In this document: in pieces, positions 1 through 8,689 of the stretch
How positions within the stretch are numbered: the first letter of the stretch is position 1
Layout: each line of letters opens with the position of its first letter
Assembly (NCBI GenBank): GCA_902790345.1
Contig: CADARO010000007.1
Span: forward strand, 3,693-67,692
Direction: 5' to 3'
DNA: 64,000 nucleotides
Origin: an uncultured Eubacteriales bacterium
GTDB taxonomy: Bacteria > Bacillota > Clostridia > Christensenellales > Aristaeellaceae
Translations under genes and position numbers: made by a program
The notes under the pieces: generated by a model
Seen by the model: only the letters and a program-made list of their open reading frames with translations
Told to the model about the DNA's origin: nothing
Database searches by the model: none

Positions 1-476
1 TCGTGCATGTTGGCGTAGGCGTAAGCCGTGCAGTCGGCGGCAATCAGCAGCTTCGCGCCGTCGAAGAAGGGAGCCCGCGCGGGAACCAGCTTGATCTGAC
101 AGGGCCACTGACCCAGTCGGGAAACCGGCCTGGCCGCGTTGACCGGCGTATTCTCTGTTTCCTCGCGCGTCAACCGCATCATTCTCGATCCGGGGCATCC
201 GCCCTCGTGCTGAACATTTTTCATTTCTTCCATTTTTCTGTCCTCCCGCGCTTTTTTGACCGCCGCCTCGTCGTAGGCCGGCGCCTCGCGCTCCTCAAAT
301 GTGATGGCCCCGGTGGGGCAGTTCGGCAGGCAGTCGCCAAACCCGTCACAGAAGTTTTCCCGCGTGAGCTTCGCCTTGCCGTTTACGATTTCGATGGCCC
401 CTTCATGGCAGGCCTCGGCGCACAGGCCGCAGCCGTTGCATTTCTCCTGGTCTATGTGGATGATTTTCCGGATCAT
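1..476 (-). CDS. 4Fe-4S dicluster (ferredoxin-type) domain protein; the 3' end lies beyond the window
   Basis: This gene is not in the supplied ORF track because it runs off the left edge. Reverse-strand translation from the ATG (complement of 474-476) gives MIRKIIHIDQEKCNGCGLCAEACHEGAIEIVNGKAKLTRENFCDGFGDCLPNCPTGAITFEER...QWPCQIKLVPARAPFFDGAKLLIAADCTAYAYANMH. It carries two Cys-cluster motifs of the 4Fe-4S type. A GGGAGG RBS lies 8 nt upstream of the ATG. The + strand ORF 3..626 is its antisense shadow. Confidence 0.75.
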   Translation of the reverse strand, partial: MIRKIIHIDQEKCNGCGLCAEACHEGAIEIVNGKAKLTRENFCDGFGDCLPNCPTGAITFEEREAPAYDEAAVKKAREDRKMEEMKNVQHEGGCPGSRMMRLTREETENTPVNAARPVSRLGQWPCQIKLVPARAPFFDGAKLLIAADCTAYAYANMH

Positions 477-534
477 CGCGCTCGCCTCCCTTGCCGTTTC
501 TGGTATCAGTATACAACGGATTTTCGCAAATGTC

Positions 535-550
535 TGTATCTGAGGATACA
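535..550. promoter_or_regulatory. Perfect 16-bp palindrome TGTATC-N4-GATACA, a candidate Crp/Fnr-family operator between divergent genes
   Basis: TGTATCTGAGGATACA was read directly. It lies between a minus-strand TATACT -10 element (508-513) and a plus-strand extended -10, TGgTATAAT (567-575). The palindrome centre is 29.5 bp from the minus-strand -10 and 27.5 bp from the plus-strand -10, close to class II (-41.5) geometry for CRP/FNR-type activators. Confidence 0.4.
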
Positions 551-606
551 CTATACCGGCTTTTTATGGTATAATGGCCCTGTAAGACAGCGGAAGGAGG
601 CAAACG

Positions 607-1284
607 ATGGATTACGCCGTTCTTGAAAAGAGCACGCTGTTTCATGGCGTTCCCGCCGGCGAGCTCCGCGCCGTTTTGGCGTCCGCGCCGCATCGCGTCC
701 AGCGCTATGAAAAGGGAGAAATCATATTTCATCTGATGGAGCGGGCCTCCAGCGTCGGCGTCATTTTGGAAGGGCGCGTGGAAGCGCAGAAGTCGTTTCC
801 GAACGGGAGCCAGGTGAATGTGTCCGTTCGCGGGCCGGGCGAGACGATCGGCCCGGCCGCCGCGTTTTCGTCCTCTCAGAAATACCCCTGCGATCTGGTG
901 GCGCTGGAGCCGGTGAGGGTGATGCTGTTCCGAAAAGAGGATCTGCTCTCGCTGATGCGCGGGAATGTCCGGATATTGGCAAATTTCACCACGGAGATCG
1001 CTTCGGCCACGTATATGCTGCAGCAGCGGCTTGAATTGCTGTCCTACAGCGGGATCGCGCAGAAGGCGGCTTTCTGGCTTTTGACGCGGATGCGGCAGAC
1101 GGGGAAAAGCGTTGTTTCCATTCCTGAATCCATGTCCAAATGGGCCATGCTGATGAATGTCTCCCGGCCCTCGCTGCACAGGGAATTGAAGCGCCTGGAG
1201 GAGCGGGGCATGATCTCCCGTTCAGCCCTGGCCATTACGATCCGGGATGAGGAGGCGCTGCGGGACATGTTGAGCCAAGGGTGA
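607..1284 (+). CDS. Crp/Fnr family transcriptional regulator (cNMP-binding domain plus C-terminal HTH)
   Basis: The N-terminal half has a beta-roll pattern (FHGVPAGELRAV...YEKGEIIFHLMERASSVGVILEGRVEA). The C-terminal HTH is SKWAMLMNVSRPSLHRELKRLEERGMI. A GGAAGGAGG RBS lies 6 nt upstream. Confidence 0.9.
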   Translation: MDYAVLEKSTLFHGVPAGELRAVLASAPHRVQRYEKGEIIFHLMERASSVGVILEGRVEAQKSFPNGSQVNVSVRGPGETIGPAAAFSSSQKYPCDLVALEPVRVMLFRKEDLLSLMRGNVRILANFTTEIASATYMLQQRLELLSYSGIAQKAAFWLLTRMRQTGKSVVSIPESMSKWAMLMNVSRPSLHRELKRLEERGMISRSALAITIRDEEALRDMLSQG

Positions 1285-1415
1285 AAAACGCGAAAAAGAG
1301 CCGCGAACGCCCTTGACCGAATGAGGAAAATTCCATATAATTGGAGAATCGGAGTACTGTACGCGGAAAACTCCGCCCCTTCGGGACGAATCCATTTGAA
1401 TGAGTGGTAGAAGCC

Positions 1416-3206
1416 ATGAATCCAGCCATATCGCGGGAAAACCAACGGGACACCGGGCTGGCGCAGAACGCCGCGTTTATTCGGGGCACCTATCGCAAGG
1501 CCGTGATCACCGGGGCGCTCTCCATCCTGAGCGTCAATATCAACGTATTTGTGGATGGCATCCTGCTGGGCCAGCGCATCGGCCCCGACGCCCTGGCAGC
1601 CATCAACCTGAGCCTGCCGGTGTATCTGGCGCTGTGCGTGGTGGGCTCCTTCCTGGCCGCCGGCACTGAGATCCCCGCCGCCTGGGCCATGGGCATCGGC
1701 GACGGGCAGCGGCGGGACGCCTTTTTCCGCACCGGCCTGAACGTCTCGGTGCTGGCCTCGCTCGTCATCACGGCTTTGGCCCTGGCTCTGCGCGGACCGC
1801 TGGTGGCCTTCCTCTGCGCCGACGAAGCGACCCGGGAGTATGTGACGCAGTATGTGGTGGTCACGCTGATCGGGGCGCTGCCGAAGATCGTGATCTACAT
1901 TCCCTTCTGGTATCTGCGCCTGGACGGAAAAAACGCCGAGGTGACCGTGATGATGGTCGGCATGACCATCGTCAACATCGTGCTGGACGTCTTGTTCGTG
2001 TATGCCTTTGACATGGGCGTCTTCGGCGCGGGGCTGGCCAGCGTGATCGCTACCGCCCTGGCCTGCCTGTATGGGCTGATCCGCCTGTTTGCCAAGGACA
2101 GCCCCTACAGCTGGCGGCCCCAAATCCTGCGCGGCCGGGCGGATTGGAAAACCATCGCCTCAGCCGGCTTTCCCTCGGCCTTCAACAACCTGTGCTCCAC
2201 CGTTCGGCTGCTGATTATCAACGCGCTTTTGATGACGAACGGCGGCACGGGGCTGGTGGCGGTGTTCACCGCCGTCAACGGGATCTGGGGCTTTGCCGAA
2301 TGTATCACCCTGGGCGTGCCCGCCGCGGGCGGCGCGATGCTGGGCGTGTTCAGCGGGGAGCACGACAACGGCAGCAGCCGGCTGCTGCTCAGGGAGGAGT
2401 GGGCGACCGGCTGCGTGTCCGGAGCCGTCTTCCTGGCGCTGTGCGCGGCGCTGTCCGGCCTCATCGCCCGCATGTACGGCCTGTCCGGCAGCATCCTGGC
2501 GCCCCTCATGTGGATGGCGCTCTCCGTTTTCCCGGCGCTGCTGCTCAATATCCTGACCACCTATTACAACATGGCGGAGCTGAACCGCTGGGCCAACGGG
2601 CTGATCCTCCTGCGGGTGATCGTGATGACCTATGTGGGACTACGCCTGGTCTTCGCCCTCCGGTTTTCCACCTTTGCCTTCCTGCTGTTCGCGGAGCTGG
2701 CGACGCTGCTGCTCTGGTGGGCCGCCACGGGGCTGCACCACCGGCGGCGGCCCCAGGATTCCCGCTACCTGATGATGGACCTGGCCAACGAGAGAGACGG
2801 GCGGGTGCTGAATTTCTCCGTGAGCGCGGATGTGCGGGAGATCGTGGAGGCCAGCGAGCGCATCAGCGAATTCTGCGCCCGAAACGGCATGAGCGCCAAA
2901 TCCACCGTGCGGCTGGAAATGAGCATGGAGGAGGTCATGACGCTGATCTGCCAGGTCAACAGGGAGAAGGGCGTTCAGAACCTCCAGTTTGACCTGCGCG
3001 CCTACTCGGTCAATCACGTGCGGGGCATTCGCATCCGCTATAACGGCGTGGCGTTCAACCCCTTCGCCTTCTCGCCGGGCGCGGACGGCATCGGGGAAGA
3101 CATGTATATGGGCGTCCGGATGATAAAAAAGATGGTGGAGCTGGTCAATTATCAGAGCGCCTTCGGCGTGAATACGCTGCAGATCATACTGAAAGAGGAC
3201 AACTGA
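1416..3206 (+). CDS. MATE/MOP-superfamily efflux transporter fused to a C-terminal RsbW/SpoIIAB-like (HATPase_c_2-like) domain that appears degenerate
   Basis: About 12 predicted TM helices with a MATE-like N-terminus (AFIRGTYRKAVITGALSILSVNINVFVDGILLGQRIGPDALAAINLSLPVY). The last ~145 aa align by eye to the stand-alone kinase-like protein at 5399..5806. The track start at 1404 is a GTG; the ATG at 1416 (MNPAIS...) is preferred, but the start is uncertain. Confidence 0.8.
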   Translation: MNPAISRENQRDTGLAQNAAFIRGTYRKAVITGALSILSVNINVFVDGILLGQRIGPDALAAINLSLPVYLALCVVGSFLAAGTEIPAAWAMGIGDGQRRDAFFRTGLNVSVLASLVITALALALRGPLVAFLCADEATREYVTQYVVVTLIGALPKIVIYIPFWYLRLDGKNAEVTVMMVGMTIVNIVLDVLFVYAFDMGVFGAGLASVIATALACLYGLIRLFAKDSPYSWRPQILRGRADWKTIASAGFPSAFNNLCSTVRLLIINALLMTNGGTGLVAVFTAVNGIWGFAECITLGVPAAGGAMLGVFSGEHDNGSSRLLLREEWATGCVSGAVFLALCAALSGLIARMYGLSGSILAPLMWMALSVFPALLLNILTTYYNMAELNRWANGLILLRVIVMTYVGLRLVFALRFSTFAFLLFAELATLLLWWAATGLHHRRRPQDSRYLMMDLANERDGRVLNFSVSADVREIVEASERISEFCARNGMSAKSTVRLEMSMEEVMTLICQVNREKGVQNLQFDLRAYSVNHVRGIRIRYNGVAFNPFAFSPGADGIGEDMYMGVRMIKKMVELVNYQSAFGVNTLQIILKEDN

Positions 3207-3806
3207 ATGAAGCTGACGATTCGCGGCGCGCAATCCCGGGACCTGCCGGGGATCAAGCGCATGATTGACGTGTATATCGCGGAGGACTATTACTCCCTTG
3301 CGGAGCTGGAGGCGCTGCTCCGGGACGACCGGTATCTGTGCTATGTGGTGACCGACGCGGACAGGGGCGACGCCCTGGTCTCTTATTTCATCGCGTTCCT
3401 GTCCACGCTGGACAGGGCCCTGCCCATGCTGCACGTCTCCGAAAAGCCGGAGAAGCTGCTGGCCTACCCGGACGACACGCTGGTGGGCGTCTACAAGACC
3501 TCCAGCACGGAGAAGGAATACCAGGGCCTGGGCATATGCTCCTCTTTCATCCGCGACCTGGAGCCGGTGCTCCGGGAGAGGGGAGCGAGGCTGATCCTGG
3601 CCACGGCGCTGCGTCCCCTGGGGCGGGAGGTTCCCATGCGGCGCATATTCGAGCGAAACGGCTTTGACGCGATCGCGGAGATCCCGCGGCCCTGGGTGGA
3701 CATGTACCTGTACTGCCCATACTGCCAGAGACACCACTGCATCTGCGACGCGGTGTTCTACATGAAGAAACTGGAGGATACGGAGGGGGAACATGGCGGT
3801 GAATGA
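3207..3806 (+). CDS. GNAT family N-acetyltransferase with a Cys-rich C-terminal tail
   Basis: GNAT acetyl-CoA motif region: YQGLGICSSFIRDLEPVLRERGARLILATAL...RIFERNGFD. Tail: CPYCQRHHCICDAVF. The start ATG directly follows the upstream stop (TGAATG). AAGAGGA RBS. Confidence 0.8.
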   Translation: MKLTIRGAQSRDLPGIKRMIDVYIAEDYYSLAELEALLRDDRYLCYVVTDADRGDALVSYFIAFLSTLDRALPMLHVSEKPEKLLAYPDDTLVGVYKTSSTEKEYQGLGICSSFIRDLEPVLRERGARLILATALRPLGREVPMRRIFERNGFDAIAEIPRPWVDMYLYCPYCQRHHCICDAVFYMKKLEDTEGEHGGE

Positions 3807-5406
3807 CGCGAAGAAGCGTATACGCTTCGGCATCAGCAAAAAGCTGCTGCTGAGCGTGGTGCTGATGACGGTGCTGATCTGCGCGGTCTCCACGCTCAGC
3901 GGCTACTATCAGTATCAAAACACGATCCGGAAGCTGTACAACGACAACGGCTACGTGATCGCGAACATCATACTGGACCACATAGACCACGACAAGGTGG
4001 GCCAGTATGCCCAGACCTGGACCGAGGACGAGGATTACAGGGAAATCTGGGATTACCTGAAGAACGTGGAGCAGGCCTCCGGCGCGGCGTACATCTACAT
4101 CGTGACCGTCTACGAGGATCAGACCGTGCGCTATGTGTTCGATTCCTCCGGCGTGCCCATCGGGGAATACGATCCGGTGTCATCATACTTTGACGAGGTC
4201 TGGGCAGCCTATACCAAGGGCGAGCGAACCGACAGCTACATGGTCCGCCATTCGCCCCGATACGGCTATCTCACCTCCAGCATGCTGCCCGTCGTCGACA
4301 GCAGCGGCCGGGTGGTGGCGCTGCTGTTCGTGGATGTCTGGATGGAGGTCATCATATCCACCCTGCGGGGCTACATCATCAAGATGATCATGTACTCCCT
4401 GGGCATCCTGACCGTTTTCGGCATTGCCCATTGGTTCCTGATGCGCCGCAATTTCATCGGCCCCCTGATGCGCATCCGCGAGAACGTGACGGAGTTCGCC
4501 CAGAACGGAGCGGCCACCACCGTCTCGCTGGCGGAGATCCACACGAAGGACGAGATCCAGGATCTGGCCCAGTCCATCAGCCTGATGGAGGGCGATATCG
4601 TCAAGTACATCGACAACATCCAGCGCATCACGGCGGAGAAAGAGCGCATCGGCGCGGAGCTGACCATCGCCAACCAGATCCAGGCCGACATGCTGCCCCG
4701 CATTTTCCCGGCCTTCCCGGACCGCAGGGAGTTTGACATCTACGCCACCATGACCCCCGCCAAGGAGGTGGGCGGCGACTTCTACGACTTCTTCCTGCTG
4801 GACGACGACCGCCTGGGCCTGGTGATGGCGGACGTATCCGGCAAGGGCGTGCCGGCGGCGCTGTTCATGGTCATCGCCAAGACGCTCATCAAAAACCGGG
4901 CGCAGATGGGCGGCAGCCCCGCCGAGGTGCTGCAGTATGTGAACGAGCAGCTGTGCGAGGGCAACGACGCCGAGCTGTTCGTCACGGTCTGGTTTGCCAT
5001 TCTGGATGTGAAGACCGGCAAGGGCGTGGCGGCCAACGCCGGCCACGAGCATCCCGCCATACGCCGGGCGGACGGGCAGTACGAGCTGGTGATCTACCGC
5101 CATTCCCCCGCCGTGGCCGTCATGCCGGGCATGCGCTTCAAGGAGCATGAGTTCGAGCTTCGTCCCGGCGACAGCCTGTTCGTCTACACCGACGGCGTGA
5201 CCGAAGCCACCAACGCGGGCAACCAGCTGTTCGGAACGGACCGGATGCTGGCGGCGCTGAACCGGGATCCCGGCGCTTCGCCGGAGGCCATTCTCCGCGC
5301 GGTGCGCAGGGATATCGACGCCTTTGTGGGCAGCGCCCCGCAGTTCGACGACATCACCATGCTGGGCCTGCAATTTATGGGATCGGAAGGACAGAGCCAT
5401 GGCTGA
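3793..5406 (+). CDS. Membrane sensor PP2C/SpoIIE-family serine phosphatase (TM, Cache-like extracytoplasmic domain, TM, HAMP, PP2C)
   Basis: PP2C motifs: ANQIQADMLPRIFP, EVGGDFYDFF, GLVMADVSGKGVPAALFM, YTDGVTEA, FDDITMLGL. A HAMP-like segment follows TM2 (FIGPLMRIRENVTEFA). The gene overlaps the upstream gene by 14 nt. GGAGG RBS. Confidence 0.9.
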   Translation: MAVNDAKKRIRFGISKKLLLSVVLMTVLICAVSTLSGYYQYQNTIRKLYNDNGYVIANIILDHIDHDKVGQYAQTWTEDEDYREIWDYLKNVEQASGAAYIYIVTVYEDQTVRYVFDSSGVPIGEYDPVSSYFDEVWAAYTKGERTDSYMVRHSPRYGYLTSSMLPVVDSSGRVVALLFVDVWMEVIISTLRGYIIKMIMYSLGILTVFGIAHWFLMRRNFIGPLMRIRENVTEFAQNGAATTVSLAEIHTKDEIQDLAQSISLMEGDIVKYIDNIQRITAEKERIGAELTIANQIQADMLPRIFPAFPDRREFDIYATMTPAKEVGGDFYDFFLLDDDRLGLVMADVSGKGVPAALFMVIAKTLIKNRAQMGGSPAEVLQYVNEQLCEGNDAELFVTVWFAILDVKTGKGVAANAGHEHPAIRRADGQYELVIYRHSPAVAVMPGMRFKEHEFELRPGDSLFVYTDGVTEATNAGNQLFGTDRMLAALNRDPGASPEAILRAVRRDIDAFVGSAPQFDDITMLGLQFMGSEGQSHG

Positions 5407-5806
5407 ATTGACGATCAGGGCAAGCCTGAACAACCTGAACGACGTGATGGCCTTTGTGGACGCGGAGCTGGAAAAGCTGGATTGCCCCATGAAGGCGCAG
5501 ATGCAGATCGACGTGGCCGTGGAGGAGCTGTTCGTCAACATCGCCCGCTACGCCTATGCCCCGGCGGAGGGGGACGTGGTCATCCGGATGGAGGCGACGG
5601 CCGAACCCAGGGCGGTTGCGATCACCTTTATGGACCGCGGCGTGCCCTACGACCCGCTGGCAAAGCCCGACCCGGACGTGACCCTCTCCGCGGAAGAAAG
5701 GCAGATCGGCGGCCTGGGCATATTCATGGTGAAAAAGAGCATGGACGCAATGGAATACCGCTACGCGGATGAGCGCAATATCCTGACGATCCGAAAGGCG
5801 CTGTAA
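5399..5806 (+). CDS. Anti-sigma-factor-type serine kinase / ATP-binding protein (RsbW/SpoIIAB-like, HATPase_c_2)
   Basis: MAELTIRASLNNLNDVMAFVDAELEKL... with an N-box-like AVEELFVNIARYAY and G-box-like DRGVPYDP and GGLGIFMVKK. The ATG overlaps the phosphatase stop (ATGGCTGA, 8-nt overlap). Confidence 0.8.
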   Translation: MAELTIRASLNNLNDVMAFVDAELEKLDCPMKAQMQIDVAVEELFVNIARYAYAPAEGDVVIRMEATAEPRAVAITFMDRGVPYDPLAKPDPDVTLSAEERQIGGLGIFMVKKSMDAMEYRYADERNILTIRKAL

Positions 5807-5870
5807 TCAAAAGACCGCGTCGCGGGACAAGTCCGCGCTCGTCAGCCGAATCATCTGCTTTTTCAGAAAA

Positions 5871-5914
5871 CCGCCTGTCCGGCGTCCCCATGAGGGCCGG
5901 GCAGGCGGTTTTTT
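5871..5914 (+). terminator. Rho-independent terminator
   Basis: The stem CCGCCTGTCCGG pairs with CCGGGCAGGCGG and is followed by TTTTTT. Confidence 0.7.
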
Positions 5915-5981
5915 CCGCTTGCCAAAAGAAACCGCCTATAGTATACTGTTACGCGGATGTTATCAGAGTGAGGTGAACGAA

Positions 5982-6440
5982 ATGATCGTCGAGGTACATG
6001 ACGCGGTTTTGAAGCGGGCCATAGCCAGAAAGGTTCTGGAATCGCTTCACGACTGGTTCGAGGTGGACGAGAGCCGGGAGAAATACATCGCCGATTGCGC
6101 CGGCTGGATCTTTTTCGCGGCGAAGGAGGAAGACGAATACGTCGGCTTCCTCTGCCTGAAGGAAACGGGCCGGGCGACCGTTGAGCTGGCGGTCATGGGC
6201 GTGCTCAGGGCATATCATCGACATGGCCTGGGGCGCGCGCTGTTCGAGGCAGCCCGAAAGACGGCCGCGGACAAGGGCTACGCCTTCATGCAGGTGAAGA
6301 CCGTGCAAATGGGCGTCTATGAGGACTACGACATCACCAACCGCTTCTATCAGTCCCTGGGCTTTAAGGAATTCGAGGTCATCAGGGAGCTCTGGGGTGA
6401 GGAGAATCCCTGTCAGATCTACGTGATGTCTCTCGCGTGA
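5982..6440 (+). CDS. GNAT family N-acetyltransferase
   Basis: VELAVMGVLRAYHRHGLGRALFEAARKTAADKGYAFMQV...FYQSLGFKEF. A GAGGTG RBS precedes the internal ATG (MIVEVHD...). The track's longer ORF from 5919 overlaps the terminator and has no RBS. Confidence 0.8.
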   Translation: MIVEVHDAVLKRAIARKVLESLHDWFEVDESREKYIADCAGWIFFAAKEEDEYVGFLCLKETGRATVELAVMGVLRAYHRHGLGRALFEAARKTAADKGYAFMQVKTVQMGVYEDYDITNRFYQSLGFKEFEVIRELWGEENPCQIYVMSLA

Positions 6441-6612
6441 CGCGGCCTGTGTTACTCCCCCCTTGAATACAGGCGCGCCTTGCCGATTTGACGGGCGCTT
6501 CATAAAAGTCACACCGTGAAATAATAATGATTTAAGAAAATGTACAAACATCAAAATAGTCATTGATTTTTTTGAAAATATATGATACCATAGGCATGGA
6601 TATTCACCTGAA

Positions 6613-6626
6613 TGTAAGCGCTGTGA
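6613..6626. promoter_or_regulatory. cre-like (CcpA) site upstream of the first sugar ABC operon
   Basis: TGTAAGCGCTGTGA differs from the cre consensus TGWAANCGNTNWCA at one position. It lies 42 nt upstream of the permease ATG. Confidence 0.3.
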
Positions 6627-6667
6627 GAGCGCGTGCAGCCAGAAAAGAAATGTGAGGGTGCAGGGAA

Positions 6668-7636
6668 ATGAGAAAAGCACTTGCGGTGACTGCCAGTCAT
6701 TCATCGGTCAAGAAACCCGGATTGTTTACCCGTCTCAGGGATCAGTGGGATCTCCAGCTTCTGGTCATTCCCGGAATCATCCTGATTCTCATCTTCAGCT
6801 ATCTGCCCATGTACGGCCTGATCATGGCGTTTCAGGAATACCGCATGGGCGATTTCCCCGGCATGAGCCAATGGGTGGGCCTGAAGCAGTTCCAGTATCT
6901 GATCAAGGATCCCAGCCTGTTCACCGCTTTGCGCAACACGCTGGCCATCAGCGCATTGAAGCTGACCATCGGCTTTGTGTGCCCGATCATCTTTGCCGTT
7001 TTCCTGAACGAAATCCATAGGCCGGGCCTCAAGAAGACCATTCAGACGGTCTCCTATCTCCCGCACTTCATCTCCTGGACGGTCTGCGCCATGCTGATGA
7101 TGGACTTCCTGTCCGTGGACAACGGCGCCTTCAACGAGATGCTGGTCAAGGCGCACATCGTGAAAGAGCCCATTCCGTTTTTCCAGAACGGCAAGTACTT
7201 CTGGGGCATGGCGCTGTTCACCGACATCTGGAAGGAGCTGGGCTGGAACTCCATCATCTACATCTCGGCCATGGCCGGCGTAGACACGGAGATGTACGAG
7301 GCGGCGGACATTGACGGCGCCACCAGGCTGCAGAAGATCTGGTACATCACCGTCATGGCCATCAAGCCGACCATCATTCTGCTCTTCATCATGAGCGTGG
7401 GCGGCATCCTGAACACCAACTTCGACCAGATCATGATGCTGACCAAGAACATGGGCAACGCCATGCTCAAGGACCGCGCCGACGTCATCGACACCTACAT
7501 CTATCGCTACGGCCTGGGACAGTTCCGCGTTTCCTTTGCCACCGCGGCTGGCCTGGTCAAGGCGCTCATCAACTTTGCCCTGCTTCTCGGCGCCAATAAG
7601 ATCGCCGATGTGGCCGGCGAAAACGCGCTGTTCTGA
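6668..7636 (+). CDS. Sugar ABC transporter permease, LplB/YteP-like
   Basis: DLQLLVIPGIILILIFSYLPMYGLIMAFQEYR is the typical LplB-type N-terminus. EAA-loop region: YEAADIDGATRLQKIWYITVMAIKP. Confidence 0.9.
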   Translation: MRKALAVTASHSSVKKPGLFTRLRDQWDLQLLVIPGIILILIFSYLPMYGLIMAFQEYRMGDFPGMSQWVGLKQFQYLIKDPSLFTALRNTLAISALKLTIGFVCPIIFAVFLNEIHRPGLKKTIQTVSYLPHFISWTVCAMLMMDFLSVDNGAFNEMLVKAHIVKEPIPFFQNGKYFWGMALFTDIWKELGWNSIIYISAMAGVDTEMYEAADIDGATRLQKIWYITVMAIKPTIILLFIMSVGGILNTNFDQIMMLTKNMGNAMLKDRADVIDTYIYRYGLGQFRVSFATAAGLVKALINFALLLGANKIADVAGENALF

Positions 7637-7680
7637 TTTCGGCGGATGTTCTGATTATGGCGGAAAGAGAGGCTACATTC

Positions 7681-8598
7681 ATGAAAGCAGCTCACAAGAT
7701 AAGGGCCCGGAGAGTCGCCAGCGACTACGTTCTGGACATCCTTTTGGTTCTCGTTATGGTGCTGGTTTTTGTCGCCACGCTGTATCCCTTCCTGAACTCC
7801 CTGGCGGTGTCCCTGAACCAGGCCAATGACACCACCCTGGGCGGCATCACCATCTACCCCAGAAAATTCACCCTGGAAAACTATAAGAACATCATGAGGA
7901 ACCCCACCATCTGGAAGGCGTATGGCATCACCTTCGCCCGCACGATTCTGGGCACCTTCGGCGGCCTGCTCATCACGGGCGCGCTGGCCTTCGGCCTTTC
8001 CAGAAAGACCCTGGTGGGCCGCAAGGTCTACACCATGCTCTGCCTGATCCCCATGTATTTCGGCGGCGGCCTGATCCCCACCTACTTCCTCATCAGGACC
8101 CTGGGCCTGACGAACACCTTCCTGGTGTACATCATTCCCTTCCTGGTGAACATCTGGAACATGATCCTCATGCGCAGCTATTTCCAGTCCGTGCCGGACG
8201 CGCTTGAGGAGTCCGCCAGAATTGACGGCGCGAATTACTTCACGATCCTGTTCAAGATCTACTGGCCGGTTTCCACGCCCATCATCGCCACGATTTCCCT
8301 GTATTTCGCGGTGCAGCACTGGAACGACTGGTACACCACCTTCGTGTACATCCGCAATCCCAACCTGCGGCCCATGACCAACGTGCTGCTGTCCATCATC
8401 AACGAGGCGAAATTCGTCGAGCAGATGGCGAGCCTGGGCGTGACCGACATCGGCAACGCCATGATGGGCAAGCAGACCAACGTGCGCTCCATCACCATGG
8501 CCACCATGATCGTGTCCATCCTGCCCATCATCATCATCTACCCCTTCCTGCAGCGCTTCTTCATCAAGGGCATCATGATCGGCTCCATCAAGGGCTGA
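7681..8598 (+). CDS. Carbohydrate ABC transporter permease, LplC-like
   Basis: EAA-loop region: LEESARIDGANYFTILFKIYWPVSTP. C-terminus: FLQRFFIKGIMIGSIKG. The ATG at 7681 has a GAAAGAGAGG RBS; the track start at 7657 has none. Confidence 0.9.
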   Translation: MKAAHKIRARRVASDYVLDILLVLVMVLVFVATLYPFLNSLAVSLNQANDTTLGGITIYPRKFTLENYKNIMRNPTIWKAYGITFARTILGTFGGLLITGALAFGLSRKTLVGRKVYTMLCLIPMYFGGGLIPTYFLIRTLGLTNTFLVYIIPFLVNIWNMILMRSYFQSVPDALEESARIDGANYFTILFKIYWPVSTPIIATISLYFAVQHWNDWYTTFVYIRNPNLRPMTNVLLSIINEAKFVEQMASLGVTDIGNAMMGKQTNVRSITMATMIVSILPIIIIYPFLQRFFIKGIMIGSIKG

Positions 8599-8689
8599 GC
8601 GCTGTTCCCCACTGGATTCATAGAGGTCGCGCCCCGCGCGGTCCTTATGGATATAATATGCCGTTATCGGCAAATTAGGAGGCTAAACC

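Noticed and set aside
3-626. The + strand ORF at the left edge (207 aa).
   Set aside because: Its translation has no recognisable features. The opposite strand encodes a clean 2x[4Fe-4S] ferredoxin-domain protein with an RBS, so the + ORF is the antisense shadow.
6480-6660. A sigma-A promoter call in the AT-rich region upstream of the first ABC operon.
   Set aside because: Several TTGxxx and TAxxxT hexamers are present, but none has convincing 16-18 nt spacing. Only the cre-like site is reported, at low confidence.
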